64,000 bases of DNA from Candidatus Woesebacteria bacterium RIFCSPHIGHO2_02_FULL_42_20. GTDB lineage: Bacteria; Patescibacteriota; Microgenomatia; UBA8517. Below the pieces are notes generated by a model. That model was not told where the DNA came from. It saw only the letters and a program-made list of their open reading frames with translations, and searched no databases. The DNA is taken from positions 44 through 64,043 of the forward strand of contig MGGS01000007.1 in assembly GCA_001792535.1 (NCBI GenBank). Direction: 5' to 3'. Shown here piece by piece: positions 37,744-46,710 of this stretch; positions within the stretch are counted from its first letter, which is position 1; every line of letters starts with the position of its first letter. The position numbers and the translations under genes are program-made.

Positions 37744-38555
37744 TTACAACAATTGCGGTTGCAGATCTGTACCACGGGGGAAATCGCGCAAGAAACCGTT
37801 GCTTAAAGCTGTCTTTTCAAGGTTTTTAATCTCATTAATCTCACTTCTGTAGTCGAAAGGATCAGACGCGAAGACCCGATCCCAAATATAACTTGCAGAT
37901 AGGTCTTTGTTGTCGACGGCCAAGACCTCTCCCCCCACAATCTCCATTTGCCGTTCATATTCAGGTACTAATCTATGCCCGAATTCGCAACCCAGCATGT
38001 TGATACCAAGTCTTCGGTAGATATCCAAGAATTCTTCGCTTTGCCCTGATTCAAGGGGTAAAACAAAAACTGTTTTCCTCCCACCTTAGCACTGAGACGT
38101 GCATGGCCCATATGCGGGGGGTCAAAAGCACCATGTACCAAGCCAACTTTGCCCCCCATATTATGTAGCTCGTCTGCACGTTTTACTACCTCATCCCAAG
38201 TTTTATACTTTCCACTGGCTTCCAAACTTGCCTCGGGTTTACGAAAATATCCGTCTCTTATCAAAACCAGTTCTCGACTTGTTACCAGACCGAATTCCTT
38301 ACCTAAAAATTCTATGAAAGGAAGTATTAATAAATGTTGGATAGGGTTTTGGGGATAGGTTTTATATCGAGGCTTATACATACCAATTAAATACTCCAAG
38401 AAAAGCCCGCGCTGTTTGCTCAACAAGGGACAATAGACATTTAATACCAGAAGCTTGTCTCTCAACAACTTCAAATTATCTCTGCTAAAAAAATTGGCTT
38501 CAAAATTGTCCGCAGGAACTTTCGCCTCAACTGTCATACTCGCAAATGAAGTCAA
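37744..38555 (-). pseudogene. Cytidylyltransferase-like (HxGH nucleotidyltransferase) gene, apparently frameshifted (two overlapping ORFs 37968-38555 and 37744-38028)
   Basis: GKVGLVHGAFDPPHMGHARL is a G.FD..H.GH cytidylyltransferase/adenylyltransferase signature. It lies ~150 aa into the first ORF. Reading continues in another frame (MDIYRRLGINMLGCEFGH...). Could be a sequencing error or a true pseudogene. Confidence 0.4.
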
Positions 38556-38567
38556 GTATACAACATC

Positions 38568-40646
38568 TTAGCACTCGGTTATTTTTTCATTAACCAGTAT
38601 GAACTTTTCAATGTCTTCATTAAACTCCCACCATTTTTCAACACGAGTATCGCTTCCGTGGTCACCGCACTCAAAAAGGTCGTATGCACGTCCTGCAACT
38701 GGATCGAATCTCCCTATCCAATCAGAATACAATCTCACCGAGTCCGTGGAAACATCATATCCGACTACCAAATTTTCATAAAAGCCGCAGCCACCCGAGG
38801 TCGTTGTCAAAATAAATTCATTTGCATTTCCATCACCTGTATAGTCCTTCAAATCAATCAGCTCTTCGACTTTTAATTTATTCTTGGTAGCGTCCCGATA
38901 ATCTTCATAGTCATAGTTGACGTAAACAAGCGCCAGCTTGTCTTCGCTTTCAAAATTGGCCAGATTTGGAACATTTACGTCACTTATAATCTTACCGTCT
39001 TCAACTAACGCGGCATGGTAGTCCCCAATCATCGCCTGGCCAAGAATCTGTGTGGGGCAAGAGATATTTTTGTAATTAGGGTCTCCTAATCTATATTCCT
39101 GTTCTAAATAAACAACTATGTACTTATCTTTGTCAAGTTTTTTAAAGTCGCGCAAAAATGCTCCATGCACCAAACTGTTTTCCAGCACCTCCCTAATTGT
39201 CTGCTCAAAAATATCAGGAGGATCAAACCAAGAAGGCATGTCTCCTTTTAATCGAATAAGTTGATCGCTCGGAAAACTGGAGATTACTAACTCTGCTTTA
39301 TCTTGGAACATAAAAAGCTTTTTATCGGGAGAGATCAAAAAATCAGACGGACCGGACAATTTCGGAGAATATTCCGGCGCAATCTGCATCAAATTTCCCG
39401 TCTCTAGGTTGTATATGCTTGTTGTCCCCTTCGCATCTAAGTAACCATTTACTTGATTAATTAAGATATTGGATTCATCAATCCAAGAAAAATACAAATT
39501 TTGCGCCTGAATGTTTAAGGCTTTTGGTACTAAAATCTCATCGGACAAAACCTCATCCAAGGAAACAACAGCGAGTCCGAATAAATTCTCGGTATCGTAA
39601 AACTCGCCCTCTTTGTAAATAAATGCAATATTTTCACCCGACGGAGACCACTGTGAATCTCTTAAGTAAGCATTGCCAACACCAACTCGGAGCAAGTGCT
39701 CTTTGGATTCATTTGTAGAAACAACCTTTTCTCCCAAGTTGGAAAAACTCTTTATAAAATAGTTTCTGTTTGGCGAATATTTTACTGTCGGGTCAAAATA
39801 TATACTGCTTCTATAAAAATCCGTTTTGGTTGCGCTTTTTCTATTTCCTTCGAGATCGGCGTAAAAATAATCTACCCTATCTGGCATTAAACCGGCCTGT
39901 TCGCCGATCAAAATCGGATTGTTATTCTGATATTTCTCATTAAAATATAGCCCCAAAGAATCCTTTGACCAAAAGACGTCTCCAAAAACCTCGGCAATTA
40001 AAAGTTCGCTTTGATAAGTTTCAAGGTCGATGACGTAAAGTAAGTAATTAAAACCAGCAGTTGTTGCCTTAGCTTCGGGTATAAGCGAAAAACTTGACTT
40101 TCCGCCATATTCGCCCTGAACAAGCGTTGCCAAGTATTTCCCGTCGGGTGACCACAAAAAGGGGTAGACATAACCATCCACTCCAAGGTCATATTCCTTG
40201 CTTGTTGCAAAATCATACAACTTCGGTCTGCCGTCAGCGCCGTTAAAGGCGAGTTTATTCTCAAAATAATTGCCGCTCAGAGAGTTAACGTCTGAATCTT
40301 CTGTTTCCTTTGAATCAGGCCAAAATGAACGAAATGTTGTTAAAGAAACCACCACACCAAACAAAAGACTGGCAACCAAAATCAATTTCATCCATTTAGA
40401 GCTGATTGCCTCCTTACCCGAGGATTTGAAAATCTTTGCAACAACAAACTTGGAAACTAAAAATAAACAGCTAACAAAGGCCGGAAAAAATAAAGGCGGC
40501 AGCAATATACCGCTGTAGATTATTCCTACAAATAAACCTTCTAGGCCTTCTCTGCTCCCAATCCAGAGTTTCAAAACAAGTAAAGCAGCCACAAACGCTC
40601 CGCCGCTTATCCAAAAAACTTTCTTCAAAAGTTGATTTTCGGTCAT
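38568..40646 (-). CDS. Membrane-anchored protein with large extracytoplasmic TolB/PD40-like beta-propeller region
   Basis: 692 aa. Three N-terminal TM helices. Recurrent WSPDG/SP.G..IAF-type blades (LWSPDGKYLATL, QWSPSGENIAFI, LISPDKKLFMF). Confidence 0.55.
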   Translation of the reverse strand: MTENQLLKKVFWISGGAFVAALLVLKLWIGSREGLEGLFVGIIYSGILLPPLFFPAFVSCLFLVSKFVVAKIFKSSGKEAISSKWMKLILVASLLFGVVVSLTTFRSFWPDSKETEDSDVNSLSGNYFENKLAFNGADGRPKLYDFATSKEYDLGVDGYVYPFLWSPDGKYLATLVQGEYGGKSSFSLIPEAKATTAGFNYLLYVIDLETYQSELLIAEVFGDVFWSKDSLGLYFNEKYQNNNPILIGEQAGLMPDRVDYFYADLEGNRKSATKTDFYRSSIYFDPTVKYSPNRNYFIKSFSNLGEKVVSTNESKEHLLRVGVGNAYLRDSQWSPSGENIAFIYKEGEFYDTENLFGLAVVSLDEVLSDEILVPKALNIQAQNLYFSWIDESNILINQVNGYLDAKGTTSIYNLETGNLMQIAPEYSPKLSGPSDFLISPDKKLFMFQDKAELVISSFPSDQLIRLKGDMPSWFDPPDIFEQTIREVLENSLVHGAFLRDFKKLDKDKYIVVYLEQEYRLGDPNYKNISCPTQILGQAMIGDYHAALVEDGKIISDVNVPNLANFESEDKLALVYVNYDYEDYRDATKNKLKVEELIDLKDYTGDGNANEFILTTTSGGCGFYENLVVGYDVSTDSVRLYSDWIGRFDPVAGRAYDLFECGDHGSDTRVEKWWEFNEDIEKFILVNEKITEC

Positions 40647-41803
40647 CAGTAATTTATTGAAGACAAAATCTCTTTAATAATATCAACATCACCTAGGTTT
40701 GGAAAACTGGCGGTAACCATTGGACTATAAGGCTGGCTGTAAAAAGAAGCTGTATAGGTTAGGCCAGAAACTTCAAAACTGAATCTGTACCCACCATTTG
40801 GATGGTCCAAAATGTCTGTTTCGTAAGTCTTCCCTTTGATCTTGACTAAAAACTTACCTGCATTCTCGCATCTCGTATTTGCACAAAGTGCACCTGATGT
40901 TGAAAAAATAAGTCCGTGGCCAATGTAAACATTGGTATAACTATTGTCATCCGAATCATCTCTGACACCAAAACTTTTATTGATTGGTCTATTGCTAACA
41001 AGCGTCAAGTACCCGTCACTTGTGTCGCTTCGCCAAACAGTCCAGCCCCAGGGCACCTGCACAGTAAAGCCTTGGTTTATATCAGTGTAGTAATTTTCGC
41101 CACCCATAATCTTTAATTCACTTCTTGGAACAAAAATTCCACTGTGATATTGAAAGCTATCAATTATCTCGTCAAAAATCGCTTTATCAGCCTCACCACC
41201 ACCCCAACCGTGATATTTTATTTCAAAAGTAAGATCATTTACCTCGAAAATCAAATAACCAAGAAATTCTATTCTTCCCAGCTCTTGAGCCAGTAAGGCA
41301 GTATATTTTTCGGCAGGAATTTTAACATACTTTTCTAAAGAAATATTTTCTTTCTGAAAATCGAAGTTTGTCGGAAGATTTGCCCGAACTTTTGAAATAG
41401 GTGTGTCACTTATGTCTATAGACAAGTCATACCCAAGCTCCACATAATAATGATTGAATCCAAGGTAATCAATAAATTCTTCATGACTAATTTCGTAAGG
41501 ATCTTGGTACTTAATGTAAAAGTTATACCTTTCATCTCTATAAAATCTCCAATTATCTTTAATTGTGTTGTTCAAAACATTTTTGCAAACACTAAGCTCT
41601 TGTTGACAGGAAAAATCACCTGCTTTAGGTGTAGGGGGGAGATTCATTATTTGAGTTTCAGGTAAAGGGGTCGTTGAAAACCTAAAAGGTTTTATTAAAT
41701 ATAAAAGCCCAAAAATTAACAAAATAACCAGGCCAGCTCCAGCAAGCAAGACTTTTCTGTTTACTAATTTATAAAAGAAATTTACGACAGAAATTATATT
41801 CAC
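40646..41803 (-). CDS. Membrane-anchored hypothetical protein (385 aa)
   Basis: N-terminal TM LLAGAGLVILLIFGLLYLI. Extracellular Tyr/Trp-rich domain. No recognised motif. Confidence 0.45.
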   Translation of the reverse strand: MNIISVVNFFYKLVNRKVLLAGAGLVILLIFGLLYLIKPFRFSTTPLPETQIMNLPPTPKAGDFSCQQELSVCKNVLNNTIKDNWRFYRDERYNFYIKYQDPYEISHEEFIDYLGFNHYYVELGYDLSIDISDTPISKVRANLPTNFDFQKENISLEKYVKIPAEKYTALLAQELGRIEFLGYLIFEVNDLTFEIKYHGWGGGEADKAIFDEIIDSFQYHSGIFVPRSELKIMGGENYYTDINQGFTVQVPWGWTVWRSDTSDGYLTLVSNRPINKSFGVRDDSDDNSYTNVYIGHGLIFSTSGALCANTRCENAGKFLVKIKGKTYETDILDHPNGGYRFSFEVSGLTYTASFYSQPYSPMVTASFPNLGDVDIIKEILSSINY

Positions 41804-41864
41804 CGATAATTAAAGTATACACAAACCCAAATTAGCGTATTTAGAAACACAATTCACCAAAAAG

Positions 41865-42314
41865 TCATTTTCTAGTTTTGTTTTTCTCGTACTTTTCCAA
41901 AAATTTCTCAATGTATTGGGCAAATTGGGCCAAGTCCGGAAGGCGGTTTTGAATATTATCATAAGTAATACCTTTTTTGACATTTAAGTACCCGTGCACC
42001 AACACATTCCTGTAGCCAGTCATACTTATCATCTTATCTGCAAAATCCCCGGGTAAAATATCCTCTTGCGCCAACTCATAAAAAACCTCGCTGTTTTTAT
42101 CAAACTCTCTGCTAAACCCTAGTGACGCAACAATATGATTAGCAATATCCAGACACGCTTGGATTGCTACTTGCAAATTGTGCTCGGCGGAAGAGTTCAA
42201 AACTTCGTCTTTAGTAAGCTCTTCTTCTAATAAAGGCTTAAATCTTTTCTCCAACAACCTAACGCGTTTTCTTATCTCCTTAACCCTACTCACAACTTTA
42301 TATGTATCCAACAC
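41865..42314 (-). CDS. hepT: HepT-type toxin (DUF86, Rx4HxY RNase) of a HepT/MntA module
   Basis: MTGYRNVLVHGYLNV contains the R-x4-H-x-Y catalytic motif. 149 aa. Overlaps upstream mntA by 17 nt. Confidence 0.8.
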   Translation of the reverse strand: MLDTYKVVSRVKEIRKRVRLLEKRFKPLLEEELTKDEVLNSSAEHNLQVAIQACLDIANHIVASLGFSREFDKNSEVFYELAQEDILPGDFADKMISMTGYRNVLVHGYLNVKKGITYDNIQNRLPDLAQFAQYIEKFLEKYEKNKTRK

Positions 42315-42735
42315 CCAACTCTCCTTTCCTTGCCATCTCTCTTAAGTATCTAAAATATTCATCTATGGAAGGCTTCATATCAAAAAACTCCCTTAAAATC
42401 TTTTCTTCAAAATCTACCCTGATCTTTGAGTCCAATCCTGATAAAATCTCTCCTTCTGAAATTACTCGGTGGGCAAAGTCAATAGGTGCCTTTTCCAAAT
42501 CCTGAACCTCTACTTCCTTCCCTAATAATTTTGAAAGGTCGTAAGTGTATCTGGTTTGGGGAATATCAAAGCCGCCAAAGGTTTTTCTGTCGGCAACAAG
42601 CGCTGCAAGGTCTATATCAGAGTCGCCTCGCGCAAAACCTTTTACTTGCGAACCATACAAATAAACCGCCGCTATTTCAGGCCTCCTTTCAAAAAATTTA
42701 ACAATCTGGTCTTTTTGTCTTTTGCCTAAATTCAT
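42298..42735 (-). CDS. mntA: MntA-type nucleotidyltransferase antitoxin
   Basis: VYLYGSQVKGFARGDSDIDLAAL: GS-x9-SD.D minimal NTase motif. 145 aa. Confidence 0.8.
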   Translation of the reverse strand: MNLGKRQKDQIVKFFERRPEIAAVYLYGSQVKGFARGDSDIDLAALVADRKTFGGFDIPQTRYTYDLSKLLGKEVEVQDLEKAPIDFAHRVISEGEILSGLDSKIRVDFEEKILREFFDMKPSIDEYFRYLREMARKGELGVGYI

Positions 42736-42796
42736 GATCTAAGTATACCAAAAACTCTCGTTGCCCCAAAAAATTGCTACAATAAAGGTGTAGCTA

Positions 42797-43195
42797 ATGA
42801 TTAAATATTTTTTCAAAGGCTGGATTAAAACTACTTTAAAATCTATTCTTCTGACGTTCGCACTTCTTATTGTTGTTATAATTTTATTTATGGTCATCCC
42901 TATGCCGCAAGCTATCGAACAAAAACTAGCCAATGCGGAGCTAGGAGCTCTATCTATTTTTGTACCTCCAATCTTAATATCCCTCACTTTATCCTCCATA
43001 ATTATCGGCCTTAAGGAGAAAGATAAAATAGAAATGGCAACAAAAAATAAAATAGGAATTATTGGCATTGGTATCCCAATAGCAGCAATGCTCTCGTCAC
43101 TATTAAGTCTTCCGATCTTCCTTATGCTTCTTCTGGTTATTGTTGAGACTACCGGATTAATACTGGGTTTACTGCTGGGCCGGTTTATAAATTAA
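42797..43195 (+). CDS. Small polytopic membrane protein, hypothetical
   Basis: 132 aa, 4 hydrophobic segments, plausible RBS (aaaggtg). Preferred over the fully overlapping antisense ORF 42739-43068. Confidence 0.4.
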   Translation: MIKYFFKGWIKTTLKSILLTFALLIVVIILFMVIPMPQAIEQKLANAELGALSIFVPPILISLTLSSIIIGLKEKDKIEMATKNKIGIIGIGIPIAAMLSSLLSLPIFLMLLLVIVETTGLILGLLLGRFIN

Positions 43196-43946
43196 GCATC
43201 ATTGACTCGCCGTTTGGTCTTCGGATTTCAATTTCGTTTTCCGAAAGCCAAGTTTTAATAAATGCTTCATTTTCTGAATAAACTCTTACTTTTTCTTTTG
43301 TCTTTGGATTATATCCCCAAATTCCTCCTCTTTTTTCTATCTCGCTATTCGGAATCTCAACAGTGTAAAGATCTGTCGAAACTCCTCTTCTTGACACCTC
43401 CGCAGAGTAATAAACAAGCTCGCAGTCTGGTGACCAGTAAACGTTGTCGACGGCAACGTATGACCAAGTGTTGTTAACATTCGAATAGTTTTCACCATAG
43501 ACCCCCATTGGGACCGGCCCGCACTTTTCAATTCCTTTTTTTAAATCCCAGGAAAAATCCTTATTTTCAGCCGCTTCCTCCTTACATCTTTCCCTGTCCT
43601 CCTGCCAAAAATCTTCCCTTCTGTCAATTTTCTCACACAGTGTCCGGTCTTTTAATTGAACCGCAACATTTATAATGCAACCATTTTTCTTCCATAAAGT
43701 TTGGACCATATCACAAATACCGACATTTTTTTGATAAGTAGCCACGCCAAAATAACAATCATCTTTATCTCCAATGATAAAATTGCAGTCGAAAAGTTGT
43801 CTGCAATCGTTTCTGATCCCTACAACGCCACCAACTTTCTTTATACAGCTACTGTTTGCCGAAAGAACAGTAAACAACAGCGCAATCAATCCCAACAGAA
43901 CCAGACCAACGAACAAGCGTTTCTTGGTAACAACTCCTCCAATCAC
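43185..43946 (-). CDS. Secreted/anchored Cys-rich hypothetical protein
   Basis: Start trimmed to the GTG before VVTKKRLFVGLVLLGLIALLFTVL (signal/anchor). ~12 Cys in the mature part. No family recognised. Confidence 0.4.
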   Translation of the reverse strand: MIGGVVTKKRLFVGLVLLGLIALLFTVLSANSSCIKKVGGVVGIRNDCRQLFDCNFIIGDKDDCYFGVATYQKNVGICDMVQTLWKKNGCIINVAVQLKDRTLCEKIDRREDFWQEDRERCKEEAAENKDFSWDLKKGIEKCGPVPMGVYGENYSNVNNTWSYVAVDNVYWSPDCELVYYSAEVSRRGVSTDLYTVEIPNSEIEKRGGIWGYNPKTKEKVRVYSENEAFIKTWLSENEIEIRRPNGESMMLNL

Positions 43947-43994
43947 TTCACTTTCATTGTTCCACAAACAAAGATTTGCTACAATAAAACCAGC

Positions 43995-44474
43995 ATGGCA
44001 GATACTTGGCCTGGCGCAAGAATGGGAAAGATGCAAAGATACCTAGACACAATAGCCGGTGCGAACCAATTACCAGCACTTCTTCGTCGAGTAGACGAAT
44101 TTGGTCAGCGCGAAGCCGCTGGAAGAAAAGACTCAGATTTTCTTGACCCAACGGAAAGAATGAGAACTCTTTTAAGAGATTTACCTGGCTCAGAGGAACT
44201 CTTGGTAACGATAACAACAACTAAAGGGAGGTTGCCTAATGAGGATTCTGTTGAGGGAGCAAGGGTCCGCTTGGCAATGGCTGCCAACCTTTGCTTTAAA
44301 GATAATAGAAATGCTATTAAAGAAGGTCAGGTAGAACCAATACAACCTGTGGGTAAATTTTTGGAGGCACAAATACTCTCAAGGGATCCTGGCATCAGAG
44401 AAAGGGAGGGTGTGCCAAGGCCAGAGGACATAGTTGAAGCTGAATTTAGCGTTGTTGGCCCTGAAGGGAATTGA
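43995..44474 (+). CDS. Hypothetical soluble protein (159 aa), acidic, more GC-rich by eye
   Basis: Internal Met of ORF 43701-44474 chosen to avoid antisense overlap. MADTWPGARMGKMQRYLDTIAGANQLPALLRRVDEF... No motif. Confidence 0.35.
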   Translation: MADTWPGARMGKMQRYLDTIAGANQLPALLRRVDEFGQREAAGRKDSDFLDPTERMRTLLRDLPGSEELLVTITTTKGRLPNEDSVEGARVRLAMAANLCFKDNRNAIKEGQVEPIQPVGKFLEAQILSRDPGIREREGVPRPEDIVEAEFSVVGPEGN

Positions 44475-44497
44475 GACACGTTGTAAAATAAACCCAA

Positions 44498-45034
44498 ATG
44501 GTAGATGAAACTGATACTGGTTTTACAGGAAAAACATTAAAGGCGGAGTACGAAAGTAGAAACCGTGTTCCATTTAGTGTGGATTTGACGGGACAACCGC
44601 TAACAAAAAAGTTAGACAGGGGGTCAATCCTACTTGTACTGGAAAACGCCAGAGGTTTCCATAAATCATCAGAGGCCAATAACAGAATGTTAAACCAACA
44701 TACTTCTGCACAAAAAGACAGGGAAATGACGACTCTTTTTGAAAGAGCATTAGAAGTAGCAAATGGAAAAAGGAAAAACACGGATAGTCTTAGAGAGTCC
44801 ATCCTTGTTTTGGCTAAAGAAGCCGAAACTGAGGCAAATAAAACTTACCAAAAACAACCATTAGATACAGATAACTCAGATACAGAACATGGGGGTACTT
44901 TATCAGACCCAGAGTTGTTAGAAGCCGAAAAAAAGCAGGTCGCTAGAGTGATAAGTTTTGTTAATGAAAATGCTGATCGCTGGGCCAGTGGCGATTTAAA
45001 GGATCCTGAACTTCCAAATCCTCCAACATCTTAG
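44498..45034 (+). CDS. Hypothetical soluble acidic protein (178 aa) immediately upstream of the dnaA promoter
   Basis: Clean ORF. No motif recognised. Confidence 0.4.
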   Translation: MVDETDTGFTGKTLKAEYESRNRVPFSVDLTGQPLTKKLDRGSILLVLENARGFHKSSEANNRMLNQHTSAQKDREMTTLFERALEVANGKRKNTDSLRESILVLAKEAETEANKTYQKQPLDTDNSDTEHGGTLSDPELLEAEKKQVARVISFVNENADRWASGDLKDPELPNPPTS

Positions 45035-45086
45035 CTTTTTTCAATTACTCAACAAAAATGACATATAAACATACACTTTTTGGGGG

Positions 45087-45133
45087 TTGACCTGTTGTGG
45101 GTAACTTTCTAATATGCCGATTAGAAAGTTACC
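45087..45133 (+). promoter_or_regulatory. dnaA promoter region: TTGACC-17-TAATAT with a perfect 14-bp inverted repeat (GGTAACTTTCTAAT-6-ATTAGAAAGTTACC) spanning the -10 through to 3 nt before the dnaA ATG
   Basis: ttgacc at 45087-92, 17-nt spacer, taatat at 45110-15. Palindrome arms at 45100-45113 and 45120-45133 checked base by base. Confidence 0.6.
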
Positions 45134-45136
45134 CCA

Positions 45137-46525
45137 ATGAAACTTGACAACGAGCGTGTTTGGAAAGATGTATTGGAAAGCGTACAAGTAAACGTCTCTC
45201 CGGCAATTTACAAAACTTGGTTCACCCAAACCAAGCTTACCAAACTCGAAAAAGTTGAGGGGGGCGTGATAGCAGCCGAAGTAGGCTGTGCAACAAACTA
45301 TGTAAAAGATTTTATCGAAAACAGATATTTCGGAATAATCCAAGACTCTCTCAAAAAAATAACAGAATCAAGTTGCAGTTTGGTCTTTGCGGTCAAGCAA
45401 TTTCCCTCCATCAGTAGATTGGAGCCAACCGGCGAATCCGCACCCCTTTTTAATCCCCAAGCCGCTTCCGTACAGATAAACCAAATGCTCCAGCGCTCGC
45501 GCATCCGCCCTGGTTTTACCTTTGAAAATTATGCGGTATCCGGCAGCAACCAAATGGCTTATGCAGCCGCAGAAGCTGTATCTAAAAACCCTGGTAACGC
45601 TTATAATCCGCTGTTTATTTATGGAGGTGTTGGGGTGGGAAAGACTCATCTTATGGTAGCTGTAGGACATAAAATATTAAGCGATAATCCTGTCTCTCAT
45701 AAAACACTTTTTGCTACAGGTGAAGAATTTACCAATGATATTGTAGAAGGTATACGTAATAAAACCACTCCCAGTGTCCGTGACAAGTATCGCAAACTGG
45801 GTTGCCTTTTAATCGATGATGTTCAGTTCATTGCAGGAAAGGATACTGTACAAGAAGAGTTTTTTCATACGTTTAATGCGGTTACTTCGGCGGGTGGGCA
45901 GGTCATCTTAACGTCGGACAGGCCACCCTCTGAAATAGCCAGGCTAGAGGAAAGATTAAGAAGCCGCTTTGAAGCAGGACTCATTGTAGACATTGCCAAC
46001 CCCGACTTTGAGCTGCGCTGTGCAATAACTCAAATCAAAGCGAGGGAGCGAGGATTGGACCTAGCAATGGATCTAGTCCAAACTATCGCCGGTAACATTA
46101 TAGCAGCTAGAGAAATACAAGGCTTTATAGTTCGCCTGGCCAGTGAAGTGTCGGTAAACAATGCCGAACTGTCAATCGAGTTAATTGAAAAACTCTTAAA
46201 TAAAAGTACTTTGGATAACGGGAATGTCACCATAAAATATACTCCCGAAGATATGATCTCGGCTGTTTCAAAATACTTTTCCATAGGTAAAAGGGTATTA
46301 CTTGGAACGTCCAGGGCAAGACCTGTCGCCATGCCCAGACAAATATTAATGTATTTACTTCGTCGTGACCTTAAACTTCCTCTTGAGGAAGTAGGAAGGG
46401 TAATTGGCCGTGATCACACAACAGTTATGCACGCTGTTAATAAAATAACAAATCTAGCTTCATCCGATGTGCATATCAGTGAGGATTTGATGGGGATAAA
46501 AAAAACGCTTTCTGGAAAACTCTAA
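45137..46525 (+). CDS. dnaA: Chromosomal replication initiator protein DnaA
   Basis: Walker A GGVGVGKTHLMVAVGH, Walker B LLIDDVQFIAGK, sensor TSDRPPSEI. Domain IV DNA-binding helix VIGRDHTTVMHAVNKI. Confidence 0.95.
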   Translation: MKLDNERVWKDVLESVQVNVSPAIYKTWFTQTKLTKLEKVEGGVIAAEVGCATNYVKDFIENRYFGIIQDSLKKITESSCSLVFAVKQFPSISRLEPTGESAPLFNPQAASVQINQMLQRSRIRPGFTFENYAVSGSNQMAYAAAEAVSKNPGNAYNPLFIYGGVGVGKTHLMVAVGHKILSDNPVSHKTLFATGEEFTNDIVEGIRNKTTPSVRDKYRKLGCLLIDDVQFIAGKDTVQEEFFHTFNAVTSAGGQVILTSDRPPSEIARLEERLRSRFEAGLIVDIANPDFELRCAITQIKARERGLDLAMDLVQTIAGNIIAAREIQGFIVRLASEVSVNNAELSIELIEKLLNKSTLDNGNVTIKYTPEDMISAVSKYFSIGKRVLLGTSRARPVAMPRQILMYLLRRDLKLPLEEVGRVIGRDHTTVMHAVNKITNLASSDVHISEDLMGIKKTLSGKL

Positions 46526-46527
46526 AA

Positions 46528-46668
46528 TGATATCCACTTATCCACAAAAATGGTTAATTTATCAACAATACTATCCACAATTCGGTAAGTTCAGTGTAAA
46601 CAATTCATTTCAAGTTCTCTGGAAATCGGCAATCCACATATCCACACTGCCTACTACTACAACTACTA
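46528..46668. promoter_or_regulatory. oriC core between dnaA and dnaN: five DnaA boxes plus a DnaA-trio array (3'-GAT-5' repeats) plus a downstream AT-rich stretch
   Basis: Boxes: aTATCCACt 46528-36, TTATCCACA 46537-45 (perfect), cTATCCACA 46570-78, caATCCACA 46630-38, aTATCCACA 46638-46. GC spacer ctgc, then cta cta cta caa cta cta at 46651-46668 (complement 3'-GAT-5' x5). An AT-rich stretch then runs to the dnaN start. Confidence 0.75.
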
Positions 46669-46710
46669 ATTGAAAGAGAAATACTACACTGATAGACTAA
46701 TACACTAGAA

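Noticed and set aside
42739-43068. 109-aa minus-strand ORF
   Set aside because: Fully overlaps the plus-strand membrane-protein ORF 42797-43195, which has a better RBS and clean TM periodicity. Only one can be real and the plus-strand one is preferred. Both remain uncertain.
43701-43994. 5' 98 codons of plus-strand ORF 43701-44474
   Set aside because: This part is antisense to the Cys-rich secreted protein gene (43185-43946). Only the portion from the internal Met at 43995 was kept.
44574-44802. Minus-strand ORFs (62 and 118 aa) inside 44498-45034
   Set aside because: They are antisense to a longer plus-strand ORF of comparable quality. No motifs. Treated as overlapping noise, although the coding status of this whole 44-45 kb stretch is uncertain.
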